64,000 nucleotides of DNA, from contig CATNEN010000008.1 of NCBI GenBank assembly GCA_950097015.1, positions 2,418,001 through 2,482,000 of the forward strand. The letters are read 5' to 3'. This stretch comes from Macrostomum hystrix (taxonomy: Eukaryota > Animalia > Platyhelminthes). Each line of letters begins with the position of its first letter. The first letter of the stretch is position 1. Made by a program: the position numbers and the translations under genes. The notes beneath the pieces are model-generated. The model was not told the DNA's origin and did not search any database. It worked only from the letters and a program-made list of their open reading frames with translations. Of the stretch, positions 58,001 to 64,000 are shown one piece after another.

Positions 58001-61000
58001 CCTGGTTTGTGAGTGACTCGACGATATCAGAATGCAGATTTAAAATAAAATTATGTCAGGCATTTTGTCCGCTTTGATGGTCAAACTCAATGATCTGTTT
58101 TCACCAAGCACTCACCTGGCTGCCTTTGTCACCCTTCGGTCCTGGTGGACCTGCGGGCCCCGGAGGTCCGCGCAGAAAGTTCAGCTGGGCGGTGTCTATG
58201 GCTGCGTTGCCCTGAAATACGGGTTCGATTTTAGGGGTTGGACGGGTTAGTAGAATACTGAAACTGAATAACTTCATCGAAGATTCTTTCAACTTCAACC
58301 CAAGATTATAGGCACCGACTGATTAAATGAAAGTCTAATGAAAATACAGATGAATAAGACGTTTTCAAGCAGAAAATATAGAGAAAACACAGTCAAGATA
58401 TCAGTTATCAAGCGGATTCATCTGCCGCTTTTATTCCAGGATTTTTCTGAAACACCACTTCTTTAGCCGAACGATCAATTCCAGTGATTAAATCAAAACA
58501 AACCAATGAAGTCTTTCAGGGGGGGTTGAAATGCTGCGAAATTTGTCACGGACAAGAAACTTTTTGTTCATGTTTTTTGCCTAAAACAATTTTCCGGTGT
58601 TATTACGGACTTATCGATCAAAGATGATTTTGAAAAGTTGTCCTACGGATATTTGCTGTTTTGCAAGAACAATTTACTGTCTCTATGACTTGTCAAACTT
58701 TTCTGTTTGTGTACTATCGTGTTGCTTTCTCTTATCTACTCGTAGTTACTTTTTTTCTTAATTTCTTATTTTCTATCTAATTCTTTAATAGACTTGTCAA
58801 GAAAGAATTTTATAAAAAAAGCGACTGAAGTGGAGCACTAATTGAAAGAGTTTGGTGGCAGTGAAGCCACCCATCTATCTGCCAGCCCAAGCTCATTCGA
58901 AAACTTTCCTTGGCTATCTCAATTCGCACAGCTTGAGGCCCTGCATGCCATGTGCTCAAACTGCATCTTCTGCTTTTTCTGCTCTGAGTATACGAGTAGC
59001 TTCTTTGACCCCCCCACAGAATATGCAAGCATTGTCAAAGACTTGGAGAACAGAAACTGTCGATAGGAACAGACCAGAGATTGTGGAGACATTTTAATTT
59101 GACAAGCTGTCAACAGTCTAGAAATCTGCTTCGATTAAATTACCAAAAGGAAGCAAAAAAGAATCGAAAAAACGAATAAGGTGACGCTCACCTTACTACC
59201 CTTCGGACCCTGAAAAGGAAAGTTAATAAGCATTTAATTGCGAAATGCGATTCAAATAACTGACAACTTTTAATGTTATCAGCAATTTTACTGCAATCCT
59301 GAGTTTTACCACAATCTGAGATGGTTTCTAAAAATTCAAATTTCAAATTCAATTCAAATTCAAATCCTTAAGTAGTAGCTTGTACCTAAATAGATGAGGA
59401 TTAAAATAGCACCCAATGGCAATTTTATCAATTTCGCGACCCCGTGGAACAATAGATGCAAACACGCCACATTGGCATTCGCTTACTCATCGATACAGAG
59501 CTAGTGCAACATTTTCGCACACATAATGAGATTCCCGCGCGCAGCAAAAAATGGGACTTTCTGTCCCATCGGCCTGGAATCGGATCCCAGAGAACAGGAG
59601 TCGGCTGAGTATCGACCTTCATGAAGAAGAGCTCCTTTGACGTTCCAGCCTCCTTTTCTAGTTTGTGTGGCCTGTCTTCACACTTGCATCCTCCTTTGAT
59701 CAGAAGCTCTCTCTATCTCTCCCCACCTCCAGTCCTTCACTCTGTCGCTCACGCTACAATGAACTTACCGTACTCGTACATCTCTCTAGCTTGGGACTCA
59801 AATAGTGTCAAACTTGAAAGCAACGTCCTGCACGATGGCTAGTATTCAAAGAAAGCGTGGCTACACAAGTGCCCTTTTTTACCCAACCAATTTTTTTCTA
59901 AAAACACTATATGTACGAGCGTGCGAGCGTATATGTCAAAAGCAAAAGCTAACTATGATATTTCTCCAATCCACTTCATCAGTTTTCCCAATTTGCTAGC
60001 CTCGCATATAACAGTTATTTCCAATCAACATCAAGCTTCCTGATTGGCTAGCTGCGGAAATAACAAGCAATAACTTTTCTATCCACTTCAAGCTTCCTGA
60101 TTGGCTAGCTGCAGAAATAACACACATTAACTTTCTATCCTATTCATGTATGGCTATTATGTATGGTATGAAGGTATTGTATTTTCTATACCTTCTGCAC
60201 GCTCTGATTGGCTGTTGTCTCACAGGATTGCCGCAAACGTTTGGACATATTTTTTTTTAAATAACTAAATTAGGGAACTCACTGCGAGTCCGTTGATGCC
60301 CGGATAGCCGTCCATGCCCCGATCGCCCTTCGGCCCTGGCAGCCCAGGCGGGCCAAGGGGACCCTGTTCACCTGGCTCTCCCTGCAACAAGAAATCTTTG
60401 TCTGTGAGCGAAATCTTAGCTGCCTTGCATAAATAATACGTGTGTTAGAAATAAGTTTTTTTGTTATACCGGCATTCTTTAAACCAATAAAGTGCGATGT
60501 AGGCATAATGTGTTAGATCATGCTATGGATCACTATCTCCTATTTGCGGACTGCCACCCCTCCCCAATCTGTAGGACTGCCACCCCCTCCCCAATCTGTA
60601 GGACTACCACCCCCTCCACAATCTGTAGGACTGCCACCCCCTCCCCAATCTGTAGGACTGCCACCCCTCCACAATCTGTAGGACTACCACCCCCTCCACA
60701 ATCTGTAGGACTGCCACCCCTCCACAATCTGTAGGACTGCCACCCCCTCCCCAATCTGTAGGACTACCACCCCCTCCACAATCTGTAGGACTGCCACCCC
60801 CTCCACAATCTGTAGGACTGCCACCCCCTCCACAATCTGTAGGACTGCCACCCCCTCCACAATCTGTAGGACTGCCACCCCCTCCCCAATCTGTAGGACT
60901 GCCACCCCTTCCCCAATCTGTAGGGCTGCCACCCCCTCCTCAATTTGTGGTGCAGCTTGCAAAGTTGCAATTATACGCTAAAATTTCTCTAAGAAGGCAA

Positions 61001-62500
61001 CAGGTGGGTTAGTGTTTTCAAACTGTACAGATGTCTGACAGTTAGTTAATGATTAGGAAAAACAATGGTTAAATACACTCATTGCAAAACCTAACACTAA
61101 TGCAAAAAACTCACTTTCAAATTGACAAGCATCTTTTTAGAATCACCTGTCATCTGTCTAACCAGATTGCGAATCAGTCGCTAATAACAATGGTTAGAAA
61201 TAATTTGCGACAGTTAGAAAATCAAAGCAAAACTGATAAAATCCTTTTAAAATTAAACTTTTCTTCTGCATAAAAATACGAGTACAATGTTCATGCAAAA
61301 ATATAAAGCAGGTATTCAACTGAAAGTGGTCAGGCTCTAATTTATAAGAAATATAATTACCCAATCATTCATCCACGTGTATGAAAAATCTAAATGTACT
61401 AAACAAGCATTCTAAGCAGTGCAAGGCAGTAACCATTTGCATCGGGAATGACAACAAAAATCTCAAAGGATTACAATCTCATCCGTTTTACTTTTACGCT
61501 GACAATCTCGAAGACTAGGCCCTTGTGTCTGAACTGTCTCACGTCCACAACGTTGCTACGCTCAAAGTCGACAGATCTGTGCAACTGCGACATCCGGATA
61601 CGAAATGTGGCACATCGAAAATGTACTTATTCATACATGAACAAACATAATAAACAGAAACAGCACTTACCCGCTTGATGGACTGAAATTGAAAAGCAAA
61701 GCAAAATTTTTTTAAATAACAGCAGGTTTTTTGTAGCTTAGTCCCCTGGCCTCTATAATGTTCTCACTACAAAGCACTGATCGTTTTTTGCTTGGCCAAG
61801 TCAAAGAGAGCTGGTTGCAGAAGCTGATGCATAAGATAGGAGCCAAACGAAAATAATCTATTGACCAAAGCGGTAATTAAAGTTTATTGATCTTCATTGG
61901 ACAAGACCCGAGCTGGCTGCTGTGGGTCGCTCATGTGGCCTGTTTGGCAACAAGCCTGAGTGGCGCTGAGATGCCCAAGAGGGATCAAACTGTGGACTCA
62001 TTACCGGGAGCGCCAAACTCCAATGGTGCTTAAGTCTATCTCAAAATCGGGCCTCATCAACATTGCGCTGGGAATCAAGTAGCTTATTTGGCTGATCCCC
62101 GCTGGTCAAGTGGGTGAAATAGTTTGTGCCAGAGTTTAACACTCCAGACTAAACAGTCTAGCATTAGGCTTGTCCTTAATCCCTTACCCTAACCCTAACC
62201 CTAACCCTAACCCTAACCCTACCCTAACCCCAACTGATCAAAGAGATCTCACTCACCTTGTCCTTGAGCAGGCTGACTGTTTGGCCCTGATGAAGATTTT
62301 TTGCGCAAATGAAATGGAGAAGCGGCTTAGGGAATGATTGAGAGTCTGAGCAGTGATTGAGTATTTAGAATGGAAGCTCTGAGCACAAACGGAAGTGTGC
62401 GCTCAGGCGCCACACTTGGTGCAGTCGCAAGCCTAGCATTAAGCGACGATCAATAATTAATTGCATTAACTCACCGGGTCACCCTTCTCGCCTTTGGGAC
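55041..62500 (-). CDS. MACIT-type transmembrane collagen (collagen XIII/XXIII/XXV, COL-99-like), 3' part
   Basis: Exons 62500-62475, 62286-62257, 61682-61671, 60381-60283, 59209-59192, 58211-58116, 58001-57930, 57719-57639, 57077-57033, 56943-56848, 56455-56420, 56084-56058, 55978-55952, 55829-55767, 55686-55606 and 55478-55041. Gly-X-Y runs have short interruptions. NC4-like [27 protein letters not shown] resembles the COL13A1 end [21 protein letters not shown]. Confidence 0.8.
57135..57615. repeat. 32-bp minisatellite, about 15 copies, intronic
   Basis: Unit AAATGGGGCAGGGCGCTAGTCTAGTAGCACTA. Confidence 0.93.
60545..60945. repeat. 27-bp minisatellite, about 15 copies, intronic
   Basis: Unit CTGCCACCCCCTCCACAATCTGTAGGA. 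Confidence 0.93.
62181..62230. repeat. Interstitial telomeric repeat (CCCTAA)n, about 7-8 units
   Basis: CCCTTACCCTAACCCTAACCCTAA... read directly. Confidence 0.9.
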
Positions 62501-62529
62501 CTGAAAGGTATGACCAGTGATGAGGCATT

Positions 62530-62570
62530 TAGATAGATAGATAGATATACAGATATATAGATAGATAGAG

Positions 62571-62624
<54 letters not shown>

Positions 62625-62630
62625 TTAGAG

Positions 62631-62684
<54 letters not shown>

Positions 62685-62751
62685 TTAGAGAGATAGATAG
62701 ATAGAGAGATAGAGAGATAGATAGATAGATAGTTAGAGAGATAGATAGATG

Positions 62752-62793
<42 letters not shown>
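62530..62793. repeat. (GATA)n microsatellite
   Basis: Read directly. Confidence 0.97.
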
Positions 62794-62794
<1 letters not shown>

Positions 62795-63524
62795 CCCAGT
62801 AGAAGTCTCTGAAGGCCAACCATGTGGCAGGACATCAGAGATTTCACGAAAGCAGAAGTCAGGAAGGGAGCTGAACGGAAGCTGTCAGCGCTAAGGAGAG
62901 GGACTCATTGAGTTTATTGAGCCTTCACCCTCCACTGGCCAACTGATTGAAGGCGATGCAAAAATTCCGTTAATTCCTTTCATAACTCACTCACGCTGTC
63001 GCGGTTTCCTTATGGGACAGGCAGGTGCTGGGGTGGGGGTCTGACTGGGTCTCAACCAGCTTTCTAAGTCGTCAGTCAAATCTCACCTGGCGGGCAGATT
63101 TGGGTTTGGCAACCTGCTGTAGCCGACTCACTGCTTCTCAATCGTCTGCTATGTATCGGTTCCTGCAGCTGCTGCTGCTTCTGCAAAAGTGGAAAGTTGC
63201 AACAAAATGGTGGATGCTATTGCGAAGCCAAGTTTCATCACGTTTCGCCGCATTCTCTCTCTCTCATTAAGTCCACAAGAAGATCGCTTGAATTATTCTG
63301 ACCCAGTAAGGAGAGCGCTAAATTAGTTTGCTACAATGCCGGCTGGCTGAGACCGTGGACCAGACAGATCGCGGCAGAGGGAGTTAAAGGCTTCTGAAGA
63401 TACTTTTGCTGATAGTTCTGTAGATTAGAGAGCATTCCCATAATCCTGAATTTATGGGTGTGCTTCTGCTGCTAGTTGAATGCTGGTTCTGCTGTATCAC
63501 TTTATAACAGCGTCACTCAGCTAT

Positions 63525-63890
63525 AACTCGAATCTCTCTACTCTCCTTCTCCCATCCCACTCTCCTTCCTACTAATCCCACTCTCCTTCCTACTAATCCC
63601 ACTCTCCTTCCTACTAATCCCACTCTCCTTCCTACTAATCCCACTCTCCTTCCTACTAATCCCACTCTCCTTCCTACTAATCCCACTCTCCTTCCTACTA
63701 ATCCCACTCTCCTTCCTACTAATCCCACTCTCCTTCTCCCATCCCACTCTCCATCCTACTAATCCCACTCTCCATCCTACTAATCCCACTCTCCTTCTCC
63801 CATCCCACTCTCCATCCTACTAATCCCACTCTCCATCCTACTAATCCCACTCTCCTTCCTACTAATCCCACTCTCCTTTCTCCCACCTCA
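63525..63890. repeat. 21-bp minisatellite
   Basis: Unit CTAATCCCACTCTCCTTCCTA. Confidence 0.9.
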
Positions 63891-64000
63891 CTCTCCTCCC
63901 ATGTAATCTCTCATTACTTCTTACTCATAGGCACTTCAGTTACCATCTAGCTCGTAATAAGAAAAACCTAACCTTTAAACCTAATAAGTAAATGACCTCC

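Noticed and set aside
60492-63789. ORFs over the 27-bp, GATA and 21-bp repeats
   Set aside because: Repeat translations within collagen introns or upstream sequence.

Overview
Eukaryotic (metazoan) genomic DNA with GC-rich exons, AT-rich GT-AG introns and very dense minisatellites. The style suggests a free-living flatworm such as Macrostomum; this is inferred, not shown. Exons were assembled by hand from splice sites and reading-frame continuity. The left third holds four co-directional minus-strand genes: RMI1, TMEM220, an Abraxas-1-like gene ending in the BRCT-binding SPTF motif, and a serpin. The middle holds a local segmental duplication of an unidentified large-exon gene with a CBM20-like motif (one copy pseudogenised) and a young Ty3/Gypsy (Mag-type) LTR retrotransposon with apparently identical LTRs. 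The right holds a plus-strand endophilin-B-like gene that appears to lack its SH3 domain and the 3' part of a MACIT (collagen XIII/XXIII/XXV-type) gene built from micro-exons. Interspersed are four tRNA-derived SINE families (two with CORE-like domains), several MITE/fold-back elements and about 15 tandem arrays. The most interesting signals are: (1) RMI1 has no genomic start codon but would gain one in frame from a flatworm spliced leader ending in AUG, within a possible trans-spliced operon; (2) a long Gly/RGG insertion in the RMI1 OB1 loop; (3) the unidentified duplicated CBM20-like gene; (4) an Arg-rich tail on the MACIT collagen. The very long ORFs at 9-14 kb, 16.6-17.4 kb and 21.6-22.9 kb are repeat artefacts. 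No database searches were run.
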